Virus record (IMG/VR): IMGVR_UViG_3300030207_000144
Span: 1 to 27,153 of that record
From: a virus
Lineage: Duplodnaviria; Caudoviricetes
Direction: 5' to 3' (one strand)
DNA length: 27,153 nt
The number at the start of each line of letters is the position of its first letter. Within the stretch, counting starts at the first letter, position 1. The notes beneath the pieces are model-generated. The model worked only from the letters and a program-made list of their open reading frames with translations. It did not search any database and was not told the origin of the DNA. This document shows, piece after piece, positions 1 to 7,075 of the stretch. Position numbers and translations under genes: made by a program.

Positions 1-149
1 CGGGGGGTGTTCCTATATATGAGGGGGGTGGGGGTCAAACTCAGGAAAAACACGATAGTTCGTGCAGATTAGTAATATATAGATAATACAGAGTCCCAAT
101 GTGACAACGGGGTCATGGGGGGCGGGTATGGTCTAGCCGATCCGGTTTT

Positions 150-166
150 GTTAGTGTCGCACTAAC
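150..166. repeat. 17-bp palindrome copy 1 (GTTAGTG-TCG-CACTAAC)
   Basis: Read directly. The arms extend to TTT/AAA (147-169), and the site lies about 47 bp upstream of the -35 box at 214. Confidence 0.95.
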
Positions 167-213
167 AAACGTGACAGATAATATATAAACGTGCCAGATT
201 GTACGAACATCTA

Positions 214-242
214 TTGACACGTTACCATGTGTTCGCGATAAT
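214..242 (+). promoter_or_regulatory. sigma70-type promoter P1
   Basis: TTGACA (214-219), 17-bp spacer, GATAAT (237-242), upstream of an RBS and ATG 307. Confidence 0.85.
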
Positions 243-306
243 GGTCGGCGTCAACAGCGGGTGCTGTTGGCTATATAAACTTAACTGTCAACATAAGGAT
301 ATTGAC

Positions 307-819
307 ATGCGCACTTTAACTACTCAGACAATCTCAGCAATTTCAAATGCTGTATCACGTTCGATCAATGCGGACAAAGCAGGGGTCAAGGCGCTCGACG
401 CACTGATAGCAGACGGGTTCGATAAACCCACTGATTTCACTTCCCCGAAATCGGCTGACTCTACCGCGACAGCGGATGAGTTCGAAGCGATCAACGCGGC
501 CATCGTCATGGGGTTCAGCGCTGACGTTCGGAAGCTGCTACTTAAACCAGTAAAGTCACTGTCGGAAGAACAAAAAACGACACGGCGCTACTGGCAGCAA
601 CAGATAGGTGCACGTCGTAATGACTTCAAACGCCAGCTTGAAAAGAGACTGGCTGCTGACAAGCCAGACGGTGCTGGACCACGCAACCGCACGCTAGACC
701 AGCGGGTTCGGGACAACCTGAACGATGTGATCAAGGCGTGTCAGAACGCTGAGGAAGCCACCTTCGATGTGCCTGACATGGTCGCGAGAGTGAAAGCAGC
801 TCTCGAAATCTTGAAATGA
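307..819 (+). CDS. hypothetical early phage protein (170 aa, helical, basic central segment)
   Basis: ORF 199-819 re-started at ATG 307. AAGGA RBS at 295-299, and the promoter lies inside the longer TTG-start version. Confidence 0.85.
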   Translation: MRTLTTQTISAISNAVSRSINADKAGVKALDALIADGFDKPTDFTSPKSADSTATADEFEAINAAIVMGFSADVRKLLLKPVKSLSEEQKTTRRYWQQQIGARRNDFKRQLEKRLAADKPDGAGPRNRTLDQRVRDNLNDVIKACQNAEEATFDVPDMVARVKAALEILK

Positions 820-992
820 AACGACTGGGAGAGACAGCGGGGGCCATCATGGCCCTCGCACTCACCGGGTCTCTGATAGCACTCATGTTTGCTAACGTGT
901 TACTGGGATGTGACACATGGGACGAGACGCTTTGGACCCCATCCAATTCATGCATAACACCAACGATGGTCTGGGAAGCCATCACAGGGTAA
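816..992 (+). CDS. small membrane protein / possible lipoprotein (58 aa)
   Basis: Not in the ORF track. ATGA overlap with the upstream stop. Translates as MKRLGETAGAIMALALTGSLIALMFANVLLGCDTWDETLWTPSNSCITPTMVWEAITG, with a basic N-terminus, a hydrophobic stretch and LLGC. Ends just before a terminator. Confidence 0.75.
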   Translation: MKRLGETAGAIMALALTGSLIALMFANVLLGCDTWDETLWTPSNSCITPTMVWEAITG

Positions 993-998
993 CAATTG

Positions 999-1024
999 AA
1001 ACAGGGCTTCGGCCCTGTTTTTTT
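999..1024 (+). terminator. Rho-independent terminator
   Basis: AAACAGGGC-TTCG-GCCCTGTTT followed by further Ts. Confidence 0.92.
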
Positions 1025-1033
1025 GTGCCTGTT

Positions 1034-1214
1034 GATACCAGTTCCTAATGTCGCGCTGAGCCTCTGAGCACGTGTTAGCACAAGCGGTGTGACGCGAGAC
1101 TTGGTCCTACCATTGGTAATATTGCCGCCCGCATCATTACCCACAACAGCATTGTACGAAACTGTTAGTGCCGCACTAACACAAGATACCAGTTCCTAGT
1201 GTCGCGCTGAGCCT
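1034..1214 (+). repeat. 30-bp direct repeat pair GATACCAGTTCCTA(A/G)TGTCGCGCTGAGCCT
   Basis: Copies at 1034-1063 and 1185-1214, 29/30 identical. Confidence 0.92.
1164..1180. repeat. 17-bp palindrome copy 2 (GTTAGTG-CCG-CACTAAC)
   Basis: Read directly; intergenic. Confidence 0.95.
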
Positions 1215-1216
1215 TT

Positions 1217-1577
1217 GTTCGGGGTAATGTTCGTAATGTTCGGTAAAAGTTCGGTTTTTGAAAGTATCAATCGTACAATACGTTTTGATGTCAGCCGTTA
1301 GCAATTCACGCGAAGCGTTGGCATATCCTTCCTATCAGCTTTTGTAGTTTATTTAGTTTTCTTATTATATATATATATTATTCGTTTTATAAAAAAGTAT
1401 ATACGGGGGGTAAAGTTAGTGTGGCACTAACAATATTCGTTTTCTCCCCTCTTCGTTCTCCCCTCTCCGCGCTAGTCCTCACTCCTAAAATTAGCGAACA
1501 ATCGAACTTTACTTTCAAATCAAATACTTACTTCCGAACAATGTAAGAACTTTACACATAACAACAGAACTTTACAC
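1217..1577. other. putative replication origin (inverted iteron-like repeats around an AT-rich core)
   Basis: GTTCG at 1217, 1229, 1238 and 1249. AT-rich core at about 1340-1403. CGAAC/AGAAC at 1495, 1503, 1535, 1546 and 1566. GAACTTTAC occurs three times. Confidence 0.5.
1415..1431. repeat. 17-bp palindrome copy 3 (GTTAGTG-TGG-CACTAAC)
   Basis: Read directly; immediately right of the AT-rich core. Confidence 0.95.
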
Positions 1578-1600
1578 TTCTAAACACGTTTTGGTAACAT

Positions 1601-1629
1601 TTGACATACCTCGCTACCTATGAGATAAT
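1601..1629 (+). promoter_or_regulatory. sigma70-type promoter P2 with extended -10
   Basis: TTGACA (1601-1606), 17-bp spacer, TG at 1621-1622, GATAAT (1624-1629). Confidence 0.88.
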
Positions 1630-1727
1630 AGTTAAGTTGGTGAGGGGTCTAACAGCACCCGCTCTTGTCCTAACGACAGGTGGCCCCTCATCAACGAACT
1701 TAACCATATGTCATACAGGAGAACGAC

Positions 1728-2645
1728 ATGACAGACCAAAGCAATGTTAGTGCGACACTAACAAGTCAACCCGCAGTAACAGCACCATCCATTGGCTCTG
1801 CGTCAATGTTGGTAGAACTCAGCATCAGCACATGGACTGGACGCAAGCTAGACAAGAGTGCGTCACGTAATGTTGTCGCAATGAACAATGCCGACCGAGG
1901 TATTGCCAATGTGCACAAAAAGCTGCTGGGCAACTGCGATGAACTCACGGCTGTACAGAAGTTTACAGCTAACGTCCGTAACCTACATTACGACATGACC
2001 ATGCCGTGGTCAGACACTGGGCTTCGACTGCTGCCGACTGCTCAGTACTTCAAGTATCACGAAACATTGACCGAGGTGCAGTCCGAGTATCAGCGTCTCG
2101 TAGATGAATTCCTTAACACATACGACTGGGCCATCAGCCAGTCACAGGCTCGACTGGGTAAGCTGTTCTCATACAGCGACTATCCATCCGCCAGTAGTCT
2201 AGCGTCGAAATTCAAGTTTCGGTTCAGCTACATCCCACTGCCAGATGCGGGTGACTTCAGGGTGGACATTGGCAATGAGGGTAACGAGTTAGTACGTAAC
2301 CACTACGAGAATTACTACTCCGAGCAACTGACCAACGCTATGAATGATGTATGGCAGCGAGCGTTCAAAGCATTGAGCAAGATGTCCGAGCGACTCGACT
2401 ATGCCGATCACGAACAGAAGAAGGTGTTTCGTGACACCCTCGTATCCAACGTGGTCGATCTTGTCGAGCTACTGGACGTATGCAACATAACAGGTGACAG
2501 TCAGATGTCAGCTATGCGTATGAAACTGGACGATGCCCTACGTGGTATCACACCGGATGCGTTGCGCGAGGACGGCTACCTACGTGCAGAAACTAAACGT
2601 GCCGTTGATGATGTCATCAAGTCACTTCCTTCAATTGACCTTTAA
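1728..2645 (+). CDS. DUF3150-like phage/ICE protein
   Basis: 305-aa ORF with AGGAGA RBS. Motifs LSISTWTGRKLD, HKKLL, TMPWSDTGLRLLP and DYPS..L..KF resemble DUF3150 proteins that precede AAA/vWA pairs. Confidence 0.7.
   Translation: MTDQSNVSATLTSQPAVTAPSIGSASMLVELSISTWTGRKLDKSASRNVVAMNNADRGIANVHKKLLGNCDELTAVQKFTANVRNLHYDMTMPWSDTGLRLLPTAQYFKYHETLTEVQSEYQRLVDEFLNTYDWAISQSQARLGKLFSYSDYPSASSLASKFKFRFSYIPLPDAGDFRVDIGNEGNELVRNHYENYYSEQLTNAMNDVWQRAFKALSKMSERLDYADHEQKKVFRDTLVSNVVDLVELLDVCNITGDSQMSAMRMKLDDALRGITPDALREDGYLRAETKRAVDDVIKSLPSIDL
1746..1762. repeat. 17-bp palindrome copy 4 (GTTAGTG-CGA-CACTAAC), inside a CDS at +19
   Basis: Encodes V-S-A-T-L-T, residues 7-12. Confidence 0.95.
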
Positions 2646-2648
2646 TCA

Positions 2649-2665
2649 GTTAGTGCCGCACTAAC
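2649..2665. repeat. 17-bp palindrome copy 5 (GTTAGTG-CCG-CACTAAC)
   Basis: Lies between the stop at 2645 and the RBS at 2669. Confidence 0.95.
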
Positions 2666-2679
2666 AACAGGAGAACTAT

Positions 2680-3774
2680 ATGAACTCTGCAACTCAAATG
2701 TACTCACTCGGTCTTGCCCAAATAGGTAACGCTATTCGTGTCGGTGGTCATCAACGCACCATTCTAGTCGAAGGGCACATGGGCACAGGTAAATCCTCAC
2801 TGCTCAACACGCTATCACGTGAGTTACCAAACCGCCTTTCGTGCTACTTCGACTGTACCACCAAAGACCTCGGTGACATTTCCATCCCCGATCTGGCTCA
2901 CCTCGACAACGGTTCAGGGTACGTTACATACCTGACCAATGAGGAACTGGGTGCACACAACGATAAGCCGATTATTCTGATGATCGACGAATACGGCAAG
3001 GCCAACCCTGCTGTGAAGAACTCACTGCTACGCCTCATGCTCGAACGCAAGATTGGTAGCTACACGCTACACCCTGACTCGATAATCTTTGCCACCACTA
3101 ACCTCGGTGCCGAGGGTGTCGGTGATCTACTGCCACCCCATGCACGGAACCGCATCACGGTCGTGGCCTCACGCAAGCCAGACAACATGGAGTGGATCGA
3201 GTGGGGTATCAACAACGGTGTCGAACACACCCTGCTAGGTTGGTGCAAGGACAACCCGCACCTGTTTCACAGTTTTGAGGATGTCAAAGACCCCGACGAC
3301 AATCCCTATATCTACCACCCCAAGCAGCAGCGCAAGGCGTTCGTCACACCGCGTTCACTTGAGGCGGCGTCCGACTGGCTCAAGGTTCGAGATCAGTTTG
3401 ATGATCAGACCCTTACAAGTTTACTCATGGGTACTATTGGTGAACGTGGCGCTATGGACCTGATGGCCTTCGTCAAGCTGGCTGACCAGCTACCGTCATT
3501 GCAATCCATCAAGGATGAACCCAAGACCGCCAAGGTGCCGGACAGTGCTGCCGCAGTATGTATGGTTGTCTACCGTACGTTGTCTACTCTTGGGGCTGAC
3601 TGGGTTGACGCATGGATGGACTACATGGTGCGACTCGACAAGGAAGCGCAGGGTATGTTCGCCAACGGTGTGCAACCCGCGACCTATGCCAACCGCAAGG
3701 TGGTGATGACCAACAAGAAGTTTACTCAGTGGGCGATGGACAATAACTACATGTTCGCCGCAGACAAGAAGTAG
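2680..3774 (+). CDS. MoxR/dynein-related AAA+ ATPase
   Basis: Walker A GHMGTGKS, Walker B LMIDE, sensor-1 ATTN, arginine finger ARNR, sensor-2 TPRS. AGGAGA RBS. Confidence 0.9.
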   Translation: MNSATQMYSLGLAQIGNAIRVGGHQRTILVEGHMGTGKSSLLNTLSRELPNRLSCYFDCTTKDLGDISIPDLAHLDNGSGYVTYLTNEELGAHNDKPIILMIDEYGKANPAVKNSLLRLMLERKIGSYTLHPDSIIFATTNLGAEGVGDLLPPHARNRITVVASRKPDNMEWIEWGINNGVEHTLLGWCKDNPHLFHSFEDVKDPDDNPYIYHPKQQRKAFVTPRSLEAASDWLKVRDQFDDQTLTSLLMGTIGERGAMDLMAFVKLADQLPSLQSIKDEPKTAKVPDSAAAVCMVVYRTLSTLGADWVDAWMDYMVRLDKEAQGMFANGVQPATYANRKVVMTNKKFTQWAMDNNYMFAADKK

Positions 3775-3783
3775 GAGACCGTA

Positions 3784-5019
3784 ATGCTAGCCATAGGTAA
3801 ACAACTTACACCAGAGCAGCGACTGTCCAAGGCCGTCGTTGACATCATGGGCAACCCCAAATACGTTGCCCTCGCAGGTGTCCTTATGATTGGTGACCGC
3901 ACGGTGGTGGACGACATCCCTACCGCATGTACCAACGGACGTGATGAGAAGTATGGGCGGGGCTTTGTCGATTCGCTCAACGATGCGGAGCTACGGTTCC
4001 TCGTGCTTCACGAGGTATACCACAAGCTGTACAAGCACCTAACCACGTGGCGTCATCTGTATGACGACAATCCGCAGCTTGCTAACGTAGCCTGTGATTA
4101 CGTCATCAACGTCAAGATTGCAGATGACAACACGGACGGTTGGGCTACCCTACCGCAGGGCGGATGCTACTCAGACAAGTATCGTGGATGGGACAGCGCC
4201 GCAGTCTTTCGTGACATACGTGAAAACGGTTCACCACAAGATCAGCAACAGGGGGCAGGTGTAGCGTCAGGTGATGGTCAGCCGAGTGGTGATGGTCAGC
4301 CCCAACAACCGCAGGGGTTCGATGACCATGACTGGGATGGTGCTGCCGAACTCACACCCGATGAGCAGCGTGAACTTGCGCGTGATGTTGACGAGGCCAT
4401 ACGCCAAGGCGCATTGATCGCAGGTAAGGTTGGGTCAGGTGGTGATCGTGACCTCGAAGATTTGCTTACACCACAGGTGGATTGGCGCGAGGTATTGCGC
4501 GAGTTTGTTTACACCACATGTGCCGGTAATGACTACTCCACTTGGCAACGTCCCAATCGTCGCTACGTGTCATCAGGTTATTACATGCCTAGCGGTATCA
4601 GCGAGCAGGTGGGTGAGTTGGTCATTGCTGTTGATACGTCTGGCTCCATTGGTCAGAGGGAGCTTACGGTGTTCATGTCCGAGATACGTGGTATTTGTGA
4701 CACGGTGCAGCCCGAGGCCATACGCCTACTGTACTGGGATACCAAAGTATGTCAGGACGAGAAATACGACATGCACCAGCTCGATGATCTCGTCAAGACA
4801 ACCAAGCCCAAGGGTGGTGGTGGTACTAACGTAGAGTGCGTCACCAAGTACCTCACTGCCGAGGGTATCAAACCGCAAGCCGTCATCGTGCTAACGGACG
4901 GGTACCTTGGCGCATCATGGGGGCAATGGGCGTGCCCTCTGCTATGGTGCATCTTAGACAACAAATTAGCAAAGCCTGACACGGGTAAATACGTCAACAT
5001 ATCACCACAAAACTTCTGA
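3784..5019 (+). CDS. metallopeptidase-like (HExxH) + vWA domain protein (DUF2201-type)
   Basis: LHEVYH and N-x-A-x-D-x-x-I-N in the N-terminal domain, a Q/G-rich linker, MIDAS DTSGS, GGGGT and VLTDG. Adjacent to the AAA+ ATPase. Confidence 0.88.
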   Translation: MLAIGKQLTPEQRLSKAVVDIMGNPKYVALAGVLMIGDRTVVDDIPTACTNGRDEKYGRGFVDSLNDAELRFLVLHEVYHKLYKHLTTWRHLYDDNPQLANVACDYVINVKIADDNTDGWATLPQGGCYSDKYRGWDSAAVFRDIRENGSPQDQQQGAGVASGDGQPSGDGQPQQPQGFDDHDWDGAAELTPDEQRELARDVDEAIRQGALIAGKVGSGGDRDLEDLLTPQVDWREVLREFVYTTCAGNDYSTWQRPNRRYVSSGYYMPSGISEQVGELVIAVDTSGSIGQRELTVFMSEIRGICDTVQPEAIRLLYWDTKVCQDEKYDMHQLDDLVKTTKPKGGGGTNVECVTKYLTAEGIKPQAVIVLTDGYLGASWGQWACPLLWCILDNKLAKPDTGKYVNISPQNF

Positions 5020-5030
5020 GGAGAAGTAGC

Positions 5031-5918
5031 ATGTATAAGTACAAATTAGTTAGTGAAGCACTAACCCACCTTGATGCCGAAGGTAGAGAACCGACAGCCG
5101 CCAAGCAAGATCGAGCGCACAGATTTGCGGAAGCAGTTTGCAATCACCTAAGTGCCAAGATGTGCCTTAAAAATAGTTGCAGTTATTGGATATACCGTGA
5201 CGATTGTCCCTATTGTCTTGGGTGGGTGGCATACGGTGACTTTCGTTATACCGGCAGTACAGACGATATGTATGTTGTGTACTCTCACAACATCACGAAT
5301 GGCAAGTACAACGAGACTGCTAACCAGTATTACATGAAGATGTCCACCAACATCAATACGGCAGTGCGTAATGCTAAGAAGTTTTTACGTATTATGTCAC
5401 CGCAAGAGATTGCAGGCATACGTCTAAATCTAGCGCAGATAGCAGTGCAAGGCGTGGTTACTGACGCACGTGAAGAGTTTATTGATATACGTAACAGGAT
5501 CATAGACGTGGAGACAAGCCTGTACTCCGCACGAATCAGTAGGGACTCGGTGCTCATGACCGAGTTACGTCATCTGATGAACAGTAACCACAAGTTTATC
5601 GATCCTACTTTCGGTGAAAATCTCACTACATTCTTTGCTAAGTGGGATGAGCTTGACACCTTGCAGACTCGCACAGTGCCTATGTGGTTTGTCCGTGTGT
5701 ATGAACGCACGGGGCAGCAGATGTTCGATGTGGTTTCCATCGACAATGCCGAGGATTCGTGGAAAGCAAAGATGGGTGATGTATTACGTTACACAACAGA
5801 TGGCTTGCCCGAGGACATCATGCAGAAACTGTCTGTCCTCAATATCTTGGAGAAGGATGACTACGTTGATGGCGTAGGGTTCTCTGCGGGTGAGGGCATG
5901 TTTTATGTCGTACGGTGA
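5031..5918 (+). CDS. hypothetical phage protein (295 aa)
   Basis: Long ORF with GAGGAG RBS, in the same operon. Confidence 0.85.
   Translation: MYKYKLVSEALTHLDAEGREPTAAKQDRAHRFAEAVCNHLSAKMCLKNSCSYWIYRDDCPYCLGWVAYGDFRYTGSTDDMYVVYSHNITNGKYNETANQYYMKMSTNINTAVRNAKKFLRIMSPQEIAGIRLNLAQIAVQGVVTDAREEFIDIRNRIIDVETSLYSARISRDSVLMTELRHLMNSNHKFIDPTFGENLTTFFAKWDELDTLQTRTVPMWFVRVYERTGQQMFDVVSIDNAEDSWKAKMGDVLRYTTDGLPEDIMQKLSVLNILEKDDYVDGVGFSAGEGMFYVVR
5049..5065. repeat. 17-bp palindrome copy 6 (GTTAGTG-AAG-CACTAAC), inside a CDS at +19
   Basis: Encodes V-S-E-A-L-T, residues 7-12. Confidence 0.93.
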
Positions 5919-6171
5919 CGACTTACCACGTGATGATAACGTATACCGCGTATACGTATCGCCTCGTACCAATACTGTTGAAGTACTAGCTATTGGCATA
6001 GAAGTTGACAGTACGATTGAGGGCGAGTACGATTCAGTGGATGCCCTTCCCTTGTGGATGCAAGAGAAGGTTGCCCTACTCATGATGACCAGTCTGGATA
6101 AGCCAACCAGTACAGTCGAGGGAGTAGGCAGACGGATTGACGCCAATGTTTATTGGATATTCCGTGCGTGA
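5905..6171 (+). CDS. hypothetical phage protein (88 aa)
   Basis: ATG 5905 overlaps the end of the upstream gene. The C-terminus LPLWMQEKVALL...VEGVG resembles the upstream protein's LPEDIMQKLSVL...VDGVG. Confidence 0.8.
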   Translation: MSYGDDLPRDDNVYRVYVSPRTNTVEVLAIGIEVDSTIEGEYDSVDALPLWMQEKVALLMMTSLDKPTSTVEGVGRRIDANVYWIFRA

Positions 6172-6172
6172 T

Positions 6173-6189
6173 GTTAGTGCGGCACTAAC
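6173..6189. repeat. 17-bp palindrome copy 7 (GTTAGTG-CGG-CACTAAC)
   Basis: Lies between the stop at 6171 and the terminator at 6191. Confidence 0.95.
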
Positions 6190-6190
6190 A

Positions 6191-6218
6191 AAGGGGGCTT
6201 CGGCCCCCTTCTTATCTT
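6191..6218 (+). terminator. Rho-independent terminator
   Basis: AAGGGGGC-TTCG-GCCCCCTT followed by a T-rich tail (cttatctt). Confidence 0.8.
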
Positions 6219-6228
6219 GGAGATGGAA

Positions 6229-6357
6229 ATGAATTGTAAGAGAGACGAAGAGGACGGTTGGTTGCCTGATGAAGAGTACAGTGTGTCTCAGGCAATTATT
6301 TTATCCGCTATCCTGTTATCCCTTGCCATCTTGGTGGGGTCAGTTCCGTGGCTATGA
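6229..6357 (+). CDS. small protein with C-terminal transmembrane helix (42 aa)
   Basis: Not in the ORF track. GGAG RBS at 6219-6222. Translates as MNCKRDEEDGWLPDEEYSVSQAIILSAILLSLAILVGSVPWL. ATGA-coupled to the next gene. Confidence 0.7.
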   Translation: MNCKRDEEDGWLPDEEYSVSQAIILSAILLSLAILVGSVPWL

Positions 6358-6581
6358 TACCAGTTCCGAGGGGCAACACGGATGACGAACGGGGCGAGAT
6401 ACAAAAGCGATTAGATGACAACGTGTGTTCTTGGTGTATGAGTACGTTGAGACTGGTTGAAGACACATACGTGGCTGATAGACGTAGGATAACGCGCCAG
6501 TGCGAGAAGTGTAGCAATGTAGTTGTGGATCATTTTAAGTTTGGAGGAAAGCATGGCGATGACACCGGAAGCGAAAGTTAA
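6354..6581 (+). CDS. zinc-ribbon protein (75 aa)
   Basis: CSWC...CEKC motifs; start at the ATGA overlap. Confidence 0.75.
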   Translation: MIPVPRGNTDDERGEIQKRLDDNVCSWCMSTLRLVEDTYVADRRRITRQCEKCSNVVVDHFKFGGKHGDDTGSES

Positions 6582-6930
6582 AAAGAAAGTAGCGGCACAC
6601 CTAAAGACGTTAGGTGCTTACTACTTCTACCCCGTCACAGGGGGCTACGGTAAGAGTGGTGTACCTGACATTATTGGATGTCATGAGGGTAGATTTTTTG
6701 GTATCGAATGTAAGGCCGGGAAAAACAAACCTACGCCCTTACAAGAAAAGAACTTAACAGACATAAAAACTAGCGGCGGCATAAGTCTAGTCATCAACGA
6801 AGACAATATAGATGACGTGTTGATTTATGTTGGTGGTCAGAACCGTGACCCGCGACAGTTTGAGTTTGATTTTGAAGCGTCAGAGGCACGTCACGATGAC
6901 GTGTTGATCTATGAAAAAACAACGAACTGA
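6553..6930 (+). CDS. VRR-NUC domain nuclease (Holliday junction resolvase-like)
   Basis: TPEAKVK, GVPDII, IECKA and PTPLQ motifs. GGAGG RBS at 6543. Confidence 0.9.
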   Translation: MAMTPEAKVKKKVAAHLKTLGAYYFYPVTGGYGKSGVPDIIGCHEGRFFGIECKAGKNKPTPLQEKNLTDIKTSGGISLVINEDNIDDVLIYVGGQNRDPRQFEFDFEASEARHDDVLIYEKTTN

Positions 6931-7075
6931 ACGAGAGTGGACCATCATTGCCGTGGAGTGTGAGACTGCTTATCTACTTGCGCCGTGGTATTCACCAATG
7001 CGCCTGTTTTTCTTTTTAGGTAAGAAGTACGCCAGACGAAAGGCTGAACTAATAGGAGAAGCCAATGAAAAATAA
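6911..7075 (+). CDS. hypothetical protein (54 aa)
   Basis: Not in the ORF track. MKKQRTEREWTIIAVECETAYLLAPWYSPMRLFFFLGKKYARRKAELIGEANEK fills the gap and overlaps both neighbours. No clear RBS. Confidence 0.55.
   Translation: MKKQRTEREWTIIAVECETAYLLAPWYSPMRLFFFLGKKYARRKAELIGEANEK

Noticed and set aside
199-306. N-terminal extension of the first ORF from TTG 199
   Set aside because: It contains promoter P1 and has no RBS, whereas ATG 307 has an AAGGA RBS.
731-1144. 137-aa minus-strand ORF
   Set aside because: It crosses two + strand genes and a terminator and has no protein-like features.
1034-1214. CRISPR mini-array reading of the 30-bp repeats (a Cas4-like gene is present)
   Set aside because: There are only two repeats, with a 121-bp gap and no cas operon. 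Solo Cas4-like nucleases are common in phage replication modules.
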